Assembly (NCBI RefSeq): GCF_006345805.1
Contig: NC_043010.1
Span: 65,410,001-65,474,000, forward strand
Direction of reading: 5' to 3'
DNA: 64,000 nucleotides
Source of the DNA: Octopus sinensis
Lineage: Eukaryota
Shown here: positions 40,801-50,360 of the stretch, piece after piece
How positions within the stretch are numbered: position 1 is the stretch's first letter
How the letters are laid out: every line of letters begins with the position of its first letter
Notes under the pieces: model-generated
Database searches by the model: none
Told to the model about the DNA's origin: nothing
What the model saw: only the letters and a program-made list of their open reading frames with translations
Position numbers and translations under genes: made by a program

Positions 40801-41436
40801 CAATATGTATATTTATATAAGTGTATGTGTGCGTATGTGTGAATGTGTGCTACACGCATATGTGTGCTGAATGACTGTGTGTGCGTGTGTGTGTTTTGGG
40901 TGTGTATGTATGTGTATGTGTGTACATATGGTGTGCATCTATGTGTGTATTAATGAGAGTAATTATTTAGTTCCGCTGAAAAAGTATTGTCTTCTTCTCT
41001 CAAAGTCAATAGAATTTGTTGTTTGTTAATAACCCTAATCTATTGCTAAGTTTTAAAAGCTTCACCTGACCCTTCAGATTCTTTGACTGAGTCCACACTT
41101 TTGCAAATGTTCGCATCATATATTTCGTCTGAGAATATCTCGATATCCTGATGTGCTACTTCTTACTTCCCTTTTTCTTGTAGTGACAAAGTTTGCTAGA
41201 GAGTAAAATGAGCAGTGGTTTTCCAGCGGAGTCCTACGGGTATCTGTACAAGCGATTCTCGGCCCCGCTTGGGTAAAGCTTCAAGAGGCTCTCTATTTTC
41301 TAGCACATGATATAGGAACAGGCGTGGCCGTGTGGTAGGAAGTCTACTTCCCAACCACATGCTTCCGGGTTCATTCCCACCGCGTAGCACTTTGGTCAAG
41401 TGTCTGTTACTATAGCCTTGGGCCGGCCAAAACCAC

Positions 41437-41468
<32 letters not shown>

Positions 41469-41537
41469 GTTAAATAAAATGAGACAACAAGGCCAAGGTA
41501 GTGTGAAATTTCTAGGACATTTCTAAAGAGAAAAGTA

Positions 41538-41585
41538 GCCTTACAGCTGTTTCAGGAATATGAAGGATATCCCATCATAAGAGGC
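41538..41585 (-). ncRNA. Second copy of the CAGCUG-family hammerhead motif (core G5U), antisense in intron 1
   Basis: GCCU CUUAUGA U-GGGAUAU-CCUUC-AUAUUCC-U GAAA CAGCUG UA AGGC; flank homologous to 11530-11650. Confidence 0.45.
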
Positions 41586-41623
41586 GATATGAGACACTCA
41601 CACACACAGAGGCACACACCCAA

Positions 41624-41655
<32 letters not shown>

Positions 41656-41656
41656 G

Positions 41657-41708
<52 letters not shown>

Positions 41709-41836
41709 TTGCGAGAAAGAGAGCGAAAGTGTGTTTATGTGCATGCATGTATGCGTAGTACCCGCGCTCGCGCATATGTGTACTGACTTATTAAGCCGTG
41801 TGACAAACTGTCCTTTGTATATGTTGTCTACTTCAG

Positions 41837-41981
41837 TGTGCGTCATTCTCGACATCTGAACTGGAATCGTTCCACTTCCACCAAGGACATATTTGGTTTA
41901 TTGAGAGATTTGCTTTCTTCTCTACGTCAATCCGTTATTTTACAATCAGCCAATCGAACATCAAACTCCTGGAAAGCCAAG
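41837..41981 (+). CDS. Secreted LRR protein, coding exon 2 (not in the ORF track in this frame)
   Basis: Acceptor tgtctacttcAG|, donor CAAG|GTAAGT; 145 nt, phase 0 in and phase 1 out; open translation CASFSTSELESFHFHQGHIWFIERFAFFSTSIRYFTISQSNIKLLESQ has LRR periodicity and bridges the phases of exons 1 and 3. Confidence 0.85.
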
Positions 41982-42081
41982 GTAAGTAGCTTAATTCAAA
42001 TAAATATGTATATACGTGTGTGTGTGTGTGTGTTGTGTGTGTGTGTGTGTCTTCCAGCGTGTGACCGTATCTATAAATGTA

Positions 42082-42645
42082 TTGGGTTATCCGGAAAGTT
42101 CGTGCCGATTTATAGTAGCTTATCTTTCGACTTATTTTAGAATATGCTTGAGTCCATAAAATAGGATTTGACTACACCTCCAGTTAGAGCACAGTTTAAC
42201 CTATCTTTTCGTGGAAGAAGGTTTATGTTCCTATAACTTGTTTTAATTCTGTAACCCTTTAAAATGGAAGTTCATTTTCGGTACTTGTTGCTTTTCTTTT
42301 TCCGTAAAGGGAAAAATGTCTCACAAGCAATCAAAGAAATATGCGCAGTTTACGGTGATGTTTCTTTATCCGAAAAAACTGTACGGAAGTGGTTCGCAAG
42401 GTTCCGAGCTGGAGATTGTAGCCTTATTGATAAAGAGCGATCAGGCAGACCATCCACTACAGACGATGACCAAATCAAGTTATTAATTGAGAATAACCCA
42501 CATTGCACAACCCGAGAATTGGCAGAAAGCCTCAACCTATCAAAATCCGTCGTTCATGAGCACCTGGTAAAGCTTGGGTAAGGCAAGTATTTATTGACCT
42601 TTTTCTTTCCTTTAAAAATCGGTACGAACTTTCCGGACAAGTCAA
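42082..42645 (+). mobile_element. Internally deleted mariner with both 30-bp TIRs and TA target duplication
   Basis: TIRs 42082-42111 and 42616-42645 (26/30 identical), TA on both sides; ORF 42264-42581 is a mariner N-terminal HTH region (TVRKWFARFRAGDCSLIDKERSGRP); catalytic domain absent. Confidence 0.9.
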
Positions 42646-43428
42646 TATATATGTGTGCGTATCTGTATTTCTGCTATAATGATGTCTGTGTATGGTTAAT
42701 TGAGTTTGCATGTATTCAGATGTGTTAGCATCCAGGATACTATTTCTTCTGATTGGCTGCAAATAGTGACAAGACCGGTAACTCTGTCTGTGGGGCGCAT
42801 AAGCACTTCATCGATACTATCAATGGTTGCCTAAAAAGCATGTATATCAAACCATTCGTGGTAGTATATTGGAATTGAGAGACCCAGCTAGCACAAGGTG
42901 TACCAAACCGTTTAAGAAAACAAAGATCAGTCAAGCTAAGCAGAAGAAGGAGCTATGGAAGTCCAGATCCGCAAACTCATAGAGTTCAAACTACGTTTGT
43001 TCAATTGATGGTTTCGCTCTCCAAACACATCGTCAGCATTCTTTGAACCTATCAGCGATGCCATGAGTATTATCGTGTGGATTGGCGAACAAGAAACTAT
43101 TCGTATCAACAAACCTGTGCTGCGCTGAGTCCAAGACCAAATCATGCGGAGTCGAGTTTCTTTCAATTTCTGTCTACCAAATCTACTAACAAAACTTTGA
43201 ATGGCTCGAAGCTATAAGACATTTGCCCAAAGTGCAACGCAGTAGAACTGAACCCGAAACCAAATGGTTAGGAAGCAAACTTCTTACCACTGAGACACGC
43301 CTGTACTTATCAATATTATTTTCTATTTCCTTTTATTTATTATATTTACGTTTTTTACTGTACTCATTTATTTATTCGCTATCATTATTTTTGTTCCTGT
43401 TATTATTCATTCTTGTTACAAATAAATG

Positions 43429-43462
<34 letters not shown>

Positions 43463-43477
43463 TATTATTATTATTAT

Positions 43478-43659
43478 TTACTTTTTATCTGCATGTTTGT
43501 TACAATCTCTCGCCGAGACACACACCCAACGTCCTGGTGTGAGTGAAGAACAAGAGATTGTTATTATTATTATTATTATTTACTTTTTATCTGCATGTTT
43601 GTTACAATCTCTCGCCGAGACACACACCCAACGTCCTGGTGTGAGTGAAGAACAAGAGA

Positions 43660-43660
<1 letters not shown>
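43478..43660. repeat. Exact tandem duplication, 102-bp period, embedded in (TTA)n
   Basis: Cores 43478-43558 and 43580-43660 identical. Confidence 0.9.
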
Positions 43661-43728
<68 letters not shown>

Positions 43729-43961
43729 GACGATACACTGACATTTCATCCGATTAGTTTTGTTCTGAGTTCAATCCCGCCTGGTTCAACTTTGCCCGTC
43801 GTTTTCCAGGGGTGATAAAATAAAGCAACTAACCCCTTCCCTCAAAATTGCTATCCTTGTATCAAAATTAGAAAGAGTTACTACAAATTTAAGCCATTTG
43901 CCTTTTTTTTATTCATTTTATATAATTCTCATTTATTTGTAAAACAAATTCATCTACTTAT

Positions 43962-44192
43962 TTTAGTTTACTCTCTCTTTTACTTGTTTCAGTCATTTCA
44001 CTGCGGCCATGCTGGAGCACCGCCTTTAGTCGAGCAAATCGACCCCGGGACTTATTCTTTGCAAGCCCAGTACTTATTCTATCGGTCTCTTTTGCCGAAC
44101 CACTAAGTGACGGGGACGTTAACACACCAGCATCGGTTGTCAAGCAATGCTAGGGGGACAAACACAGGCACACAAACATATACACACACACG

Positions 44193-44232
<40 letters not shown>

Positions 44233-45038
44233 TATATACGACAGGCTTCTTTCAGTTTCTGTCTACCAAATCCACTCACAAGGCATTGGTCGGCCCGGGG
44301 CAATAGCAGAAGACACTTGCCCAAGATGCCACGCAGTGGGACTGAACCCGGAACCATGTGGTTGGTTAGCAAGCTACTTGTTTAATTTATATTTATTAAT
44401 TTTTTTTTTTATCTTTTATATTTATTAATTTCAAATTTTGGCACATGGTCAAACATTTCGGGAGAAGGCTCAAGTCGATTACATCGACCCCCAGTGCCCA
44501 ACCGCTACTTATTTTATCGACCCCGAAAGGATGAAGGACAAAGTCGATTTTCACAGAATTTGAACTCAGAAAACAACGACAAACGAAAATACCGCAAAGC
44601 ATTTTGTCCGCGGGCAAACGATTCTGCCAGCTCCCTGCTTTATTTATTATATTACTCTTTTAATTGTTTCAGTCATTTGACTGCGGCCATGCTGGAGCAC
44701 CGCCTTTAGTCGATCAAATCGACCCCAGGACTTATTCTTTGTAAGCCTCGTACTTATTCTATCGGTCTATTTTGCCGAACCGCTAAGTTACGGGGACGTA
44801 ACCACATCAGCATCGCTTGTCAAGCGATGCTGGGGGGACAAACACGGAGACACAAACATGTATATATATATACGACGGGCTTCTTTCAGTTTCCGTCTAC
44901 TAAATCCACTTACAAGGCTTTGGTCGGCCCGAGGCTATAGTAGAAGACACTTGCCCAAGGTGCTACGCAGTGGGACTGAACCCAGAACCATGTGATTGGT
45001 ACGCAAGCTACTTACTACACAGCCACTCCTGCGCCTAT
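43962..45038 (-). mobile_element. SINE cluster in intron 2: family A (43962-44381), family B (44445-44635), family A (44650-45038)
   Basis: Direct match to the family consensus seen elsewhere in the window. Confidence 0.9.
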
Positions 45039-45061
45039 TATTATTAATAATTATTTCACCA

Positions 45062-45255
45062 ACCGTATTTTCCGCCATACAAGTCGACGTATTCCATAGC
45101 GTATACGTGCAGCATACCATTCAAACATTGTCACTATCTTTCCAAATCCTACTGCAATTTCACATGGAATTTTTCGTCCTTCAAAGTCGTCTCAGAGTAT
45201 AAGTCGACCAAGCTTTTTTAGCTGTAAATTTCGGCTTGAAAAATTCGACTTACGG
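45062..45255. mobile_element. Pogo/Tigger-like non-autonomous DNA transposon fragment
   Basis: accgtattttccgccatacaagtcgac end resembles pogo-type TIRs; internal repeat gtataagtcgac. Confidence 0.4.
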
Positions 45256-45265
45256 AGATGTACTC

Positions 45266-45446
45266 GCATAGCAAGTGATTTGATCCGAGATCGTGTGCTG
45301 GATGAGATGCAGCACGGATTCTTGTCAGTGAACAGGTCGCGGATTTTAGCGACGAAAATATTTTGACAAATTAAACTTAAATGTTGAAGTTAATCGAATG
45401 GCTTTTGTATGTTTCTTAAATGGCTTACAAACACCTACCACGCTGC
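45266..45446. mobile_element. Single-unit relative of the 126-635 element (probable non-autonomous DNA element) just 5' of exon 3
   Basis: Shares cacggatt..gtcagtgaacaggtcg, aaatattttgacaaatt and ccacgctgcaa blocks with 444-585. Confidence 0.6.
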
Positions 45447-45538
45447 AAAATTCGACTTGTATACCGGAAAATACGCTACATTATCTATTGTATATATATA
45501 TATATCTTACCTATATTTTTACTTACATATCTCCACAG

Positions 45539-45836
45539 CTTTCCACCAAGCAAACATAGAGGTATTTCAGCTGATTCATTGCAATGTGTCCACCTTGGAA
45601 CCGGGTTTGTTTTCGGGCGATGATTACCTCAGTAAGAATGTGGTCTTCCAAGGAAATACAATCGCCGATTTGGGATGTCAGGAGAAACCTGTATTCTCCT
45701 TTATCGAGAATCGGCTGATATGTAACAAAAGATTGTCTTGGCTTTCTGCGCACAATATTTCAAACAACAGGTGCTACCTTCTGTCTGAATCACGTGAAAT
45801 ACCTGTCAATAGGAGATATCTGAAGAGCATCTGCCG
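45539..45836 (+). CDS. Secreted LRR protein, coding exon 3 (LRRs plus LRRCT-like cap)
   Basis: Acceptor acatatctccacAG| (phase 1, G+CT=Ala); (A)FHQANIEVFQLIHCNVSTLEPGLF...FIENRLICNKRLSWL...RCYLL...SIC; donor CG|GTAGGA (phase 2) just before the in-frame TAG. Confidence 0.8.
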
Positions 45837-46479
45837 GTAGGATATTACTCTTAGTTCTCCTGTGTTTCCTTGAAGTCTTTAACGACGACCACGACGACGA
45901 CGGCCGCCACCACCACCACCACCACCATCATCACTGCGATGATGACTATGCTGATGATGATGATGATGATGATGACTATGATGATGATGGTGATGGTGAC
46001 GATGAGGACAACAATGATAATGATTATCCAGCTATGTTTTACTTAATGTATGTGTGTGTGTGTGTGCCCGAATATGTATGCGTGTGTATGGAGCCAAATG
46101 TATACGCATGCGCATGTCAATGTATACCTACATGCATATATTGTTGTTACTGCTGTTGTTATTGTTGTTGCAGTAGTTCACGCCGCCATCGTCGTCGACG
46201 TCGTCAATGATGTTGTTGTTGTTGTTGTTGCTTAGTCCCAGGTCAGCCTTTTCGTACAAACACCTACGACCAAAAGAATACGAACCAGACCCCACCCTGT
46301 CATTTTTTTTTTCAGCATCACATACAGTCTTTTCTACTCTAGGCACAAGGCCAAAAATTTTGGTGGGAGGTGCTATTTGATTAGATCGACCCCAGTACGC
46401 AACTGGTACTTAATTTATCGACCTGACCGCATAACAAACTTGTTAACAACACTGTCATGTTGCATTTGTCCATATTTTA

Positions 46480-46672
46480 CATCGGTTGAGACTTGAGTCT
46501 GATCTCTGTCTTACACCTCCACCTAGCAATAAAATACAAACCATTATATAGGGATACCAGTGGCCTGTCTGAATAAATGAGTCCCGCGACGTGGAGAGGC
46601 TTCTACGGCGAGTGTCACTAGCCATTCTCCGTGGCAACGCCGTCGCGGTCATGACCGACGGGTCCGGTTAGG
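46480..46672 (+). mobile_element. CRE-clade-like RLE LINE C-terminal relic in intron 3
   Basis: ERLLRRVSLAILRGNAVAVM* matches the LxQRLSxAIQRGNA terminal motif; decayed FTSVET upstream. Confidence 0.55.
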
Positions 46673-47938
46673 CACACCATTTGATGCGGGGAGTTGTGAG
46701 TTCAAATTCCGCCGAGGTCGACTATGCCTTTCATCCTTTCGGGGTCGATAAATTAAGTACCAGTTACGCACTGGGGTCGATGTAATCGACTTAATACCTA
46801 TGTCTGTCCTTGTTTGTCCCCTCTGTGTTTAGCCCCTTGTGGGTAATAAAGAAATAGGTATGTGGCCCGTATGTGTTCCATCGCTCCCTCCAACTCCATC
46901 TTCTGCTGCTTTACCCCCCCCCGCCATTTTATTTATTTTTTCCTTGTATTTCTTTTCCTTTTTATCACTCGGTTTTTCTTTTCTTGTCTTTTTGTAATTA
47001 AATGTTATAAATAAATTTTTTTTTCGGTGTCCACAAAGAGAACTGTTCGCGGTCTTATAAATTCAATGGATTGTATTAGCTTACAGAATTATTAGGGCGT
47101 CAGGAAAAAAAGGGATTCGCAGTATCTCTTCTGGTTCTTTACATTCTAAGTTCAAATCCCCTCGAGGCTAACTTTTATCCCCCCCCCCTCACACCGTGGC
47201 AGATAAAATAACGTACCAGTTTCCCACCGAGTTTAATGGTACTGAATGACCCCACTCCTCCCTTCAAGATTACTGGAAATGTGACTAAATCAGAAAGGAA
47301 GGGGTTTATTAAACAGATAGTGGATATTTTTTTGTTGCTGTCCAGAAAACCTTGTTTGTTTTTAGGTATATATCTTAGGAGAGCATCACAGCTCACCAAG
47401 CAAAAACTCAACAGGTAACATTCCAGCAAATGCCACAAATTAGCAACTGCTAACATTCACGCAAACACACATACACACATACACACACACACACTCACAT
47501 ACATACTCACACATATATATACACACATATATATATACACAGAAACATATACATATATATATATATATATATACACGCACACATAAACACACGCATATAT
47601 ATACAAACATATACACATACACACACATATACTCACACATCTATACATATACACACTCACACATATATACACACATATACACGCACATATAATACACATA
47701 TACACGCATATATATATATATATATACACAAACATATATGCACGCATATACACACATCTATATATATATATTATATATATATATATACATGTATACAAAC
47801 ACATATATAAACATATATACACACACACATTCACATACACACCTACATGCACACATATATATACACAAACATATATATACACAGACATATACACACACAT
47901 GCACGCACACACATACACACACATATATATACACATTA

Positions 47939-48171
47939 TTTTTCTTTACTACCCACAAGGGGCTAAACACAGAGAGGACAAACAAGGAGAGACAAAGAGA
48001 TTAAGTCAATTATATCGACCCCAGTGCGTACCTGGTATTTATTTAATCGACCCCGAAAGGATTAAAGGCAAAGTCGACCACGGCGGAATTTGAACTCGGA
48101 ACGTAACGGCAGACGAAATACCGCTAAGCATTTCGCCCAGCATGCTAACGTTTCTGCCAGCTCGCCGCCTT
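47939..48171 (-). mobile_element. tRNA-derived SINE family B (MetaSINE/Sauria-like central domain), full length
   Basis: Head ggcggcgagctggcagaa...gagttcaaattcc, then gccgaggtcgactttgcctttcatcctttcggggtcgataaattaagtaccag, which resembles the Meta/Sauria SINE core as I recall it. Other copies at about 9570-9712(+), 10826-11045(-), 14260-14662(-, two), 46340-46425(-), 46696-46858(+), 51441-51620(+). Confidence 0.85.
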
Positions 48172-48316
48172 ATATACACATTTATACACATTCATCCACA
48201 TATATATATATACACACACACACATGTACACATTCACATTGATATACACACACACGCACGCTCACATACACACACACACATACACATTTAGTTCGTACTT
48301 GCTATATTAATACTTA

Positions 48317-48536
48317 CTGGCAGAGACGTTAGCACGCCGGGCGAAGTGCTTCGTGGTATTTCGCCCGTCGCTACGTTCTGAGTTCAAATTCCGCCGAGAT
48401 CGACTTTTCTTTCATCCTTTCGGGGTCGATCAATTAAGTACCAGTTACGCACTGGGGTCGATGTAATCGACTTAATCCGTCTGTCTGTCCTTGTTTGTCC
48501 CCTCTATGTTTAGCCCCTTGTGGGTAATAAAGAAAC
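48317..48536 (+). mobile_element. SINE family B, inverted relative to 47939-48171
   Basis: Head-to-head with the preceding copy, about 145 bp apart. Confidence 0.9.
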
Positions 48537-48688
48537 ATATAATACTTGCTATGTTGTGACACTTGGTGAAAATGTCACTTATTGAGCTTTTACTTGCCGG
48601 GGTTAAGGTGAAATCCTATTCCAGATATATTTTGATGTTTCTTGACTATAATCTTCCTTTTTTATTTTATTTTATTTTATCTTCTCAG

Positions 48689-50318
48689 TCCTCGCGGTAG
48701 TTGCCATGTTTGTCCAGTGAAAAACGTATTTTTGTCTAAAAGTGGCTGTCGTGCTGTACCCCGAAATATGATTGAAAAATTTGAACAGCTGTCTCTGTGG
48801 CGAGAAATCTTACGGAAGAATAACATCACAGCAGAAAATTTACAGTGTGTACAACATCCATCTAGCAAATGTGCTGGTGAAAGAAAGTACCAAAATCTTC
48901 AACAGTTTTTCATGCATTACAACGGTTTGAAGAAAAAAATCACATACTTCCGGGACAGAAGTATTCGGAAGGCTTCAAAGTTTTTGAGAAGTGGAAAGAA
49001 TAGTAACGTGACGTCGATTAACAATAAAACTATTGTTACTAATCCCAATGTTACTGATTCGCTTTCTACGAGAAAGAGGAAACAGTTTAGCAAAATTATT
49101 CCTACTACGACAGGTAGGAGAATAAATAATATCCCTTTGGAACCACTGTTGAAGTTATTGAGAAAACCCTTACCGAAAAAGATCAAGGTTACTAAACAAA
49201 AGGAAGCCGTTGACGATATCAAAGCTGCTTATAGAAGAGGATTACCTCGACGAAAGAGTTCCCATCCTCGGCCTCAGAAAGTATTGAGAAAACCCTTACC
49301 GAAAAAGATCAAGGTTACTAAACACAAGGAAGCTGTTGACGATATCAAAGCCGCTTATAGAAAAGGATTACCTCAACGAAAGAGTTCCCATCCTCGGCCT
49401 CAGAAAGTAAACTTTCCATGGAGAAATATTCAAATTCGAGTGCAACAACAGCATCGCATGCAATATTTGCTTCAAGCTGAACAAACCTGGAAACATGCTC
49501 AGCCAAATAGAATTGATACACCATCTCAAAAATCTAAAAGATTAAAACGTCAACAAGCGGACTGGAAACAGACATCGAATTGGTTGACGAAATACGCCGC
49601 CACACAAGCCCCCAACATTCAAAATTATGTTCAACTGAAATTAATATCACAAAATAAACGTTTGGAGAATAGTTCCGCAATTCCCCTTCCCGAGTCATGT
49701 GAAGTTGCGTTTTTCTTGCCTTTTTCTTCAAAAAGATTTGGAATTTGCGAAGACTTTTCAGACGGAACATCAAATATTATTTATCCGGAAACACTTCAAG
49801 ATTATGAGTACAAGGTATATTTAGAAACCCTTAAAGATAGACTAAGGACTAACATATCTTCCCCTTATCCAAAATTGAAACTGATCAAACGAAGTGGAGT
49901 CAATGCTGCTCAAAGCCAGCCAAAATCCCAGCAAACGAACAGTCCTTCTGCCTTACAGCATGGGAAAAAGAATATGAAAACACCAAAACATTTGAAAAAG
50001 ACAGCCAAACTATTTTTATTAAATTTGGGGTCTAAATTAAGCAGTAAGAACAACAGCAGTCTTTTTTCACTTTTGGCATCATTTCTGCACAAGATGAATA
50101 ACCTGAATAACACGAGTAATGAAACTTTAAAGAATAATTTTGATTTGAAAAAATCAGTGTCATGGATAAAAATGTCGTCTGCAAATAAGCTTAATTCCTC
50201 TCAGAAAAATAAGAAACAGAACGAAGTTAAGAGACAAAAGTGGGGAGGCATATTATCGAAGTTGAGCGGATACTTTAAGCAGTCGCAAGGTAATTTGACT
50301 TCAGCTAATCGCCAATGA
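48689..50318 (+). CDS. Secreted LRR protein, terminal exon 4 (Cys-containing linker plus long basic low-complexity tail)
   Basis: Long T-rich tract and cttctcAG| acceptor (phase 2, CG+T=Arg) fits the exon 3 donor; 1630 nt open to TGA 50316-50318; free of microsatellites and SINEs in a window otherwise saturated with them; AATAAA at 50355-50360. Confidence 0.85.
49158..49409 (+). repeat. Coding tandem duplication, 2 x 126 bp (42 aa)
   Basis: LRKPLPKKIKVTK(Q/H)KEAVDDIKAAYR(R/K)GLP(R/Q)RKSSHPRPQKV; copies at 49158-49283 and 49284-49409 differ at 5 nt. Confidence 0.95.
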
Positions 50319-50354
50319 TATTTTATTGGAGAACGAAACCCATTCAGAAATGAA

Positions 50355-50360
50355 AATAAA
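50355..50360 (+). terminator. Candidate polyadenylation signal of the LRR gene
   Basis: AATAAA 37 nt after the stop; repeat-free sequence continues to about 51430, so a longer 3' UTR using a later signal is possible. Confidence 0.4.

Noticed and set aside
45409-45538. N-terminal part of ORF 45409-45840
   Set aside because: Derived from a repeat (homologous to ORF 549-782) and intron sequence; coding similarity begins only at the acceptor, 45539.
48642-48688. The 558-aa ORF as a stand-alone intronless gene with signal peptide MTIIFLFYFILFYLL
   Set aside because: It starts at TTG and the hydrophobic stretch is the translated polypyrimidine tract; a phase-compatible acceptor at 48687-48688 explains it as exon 4.
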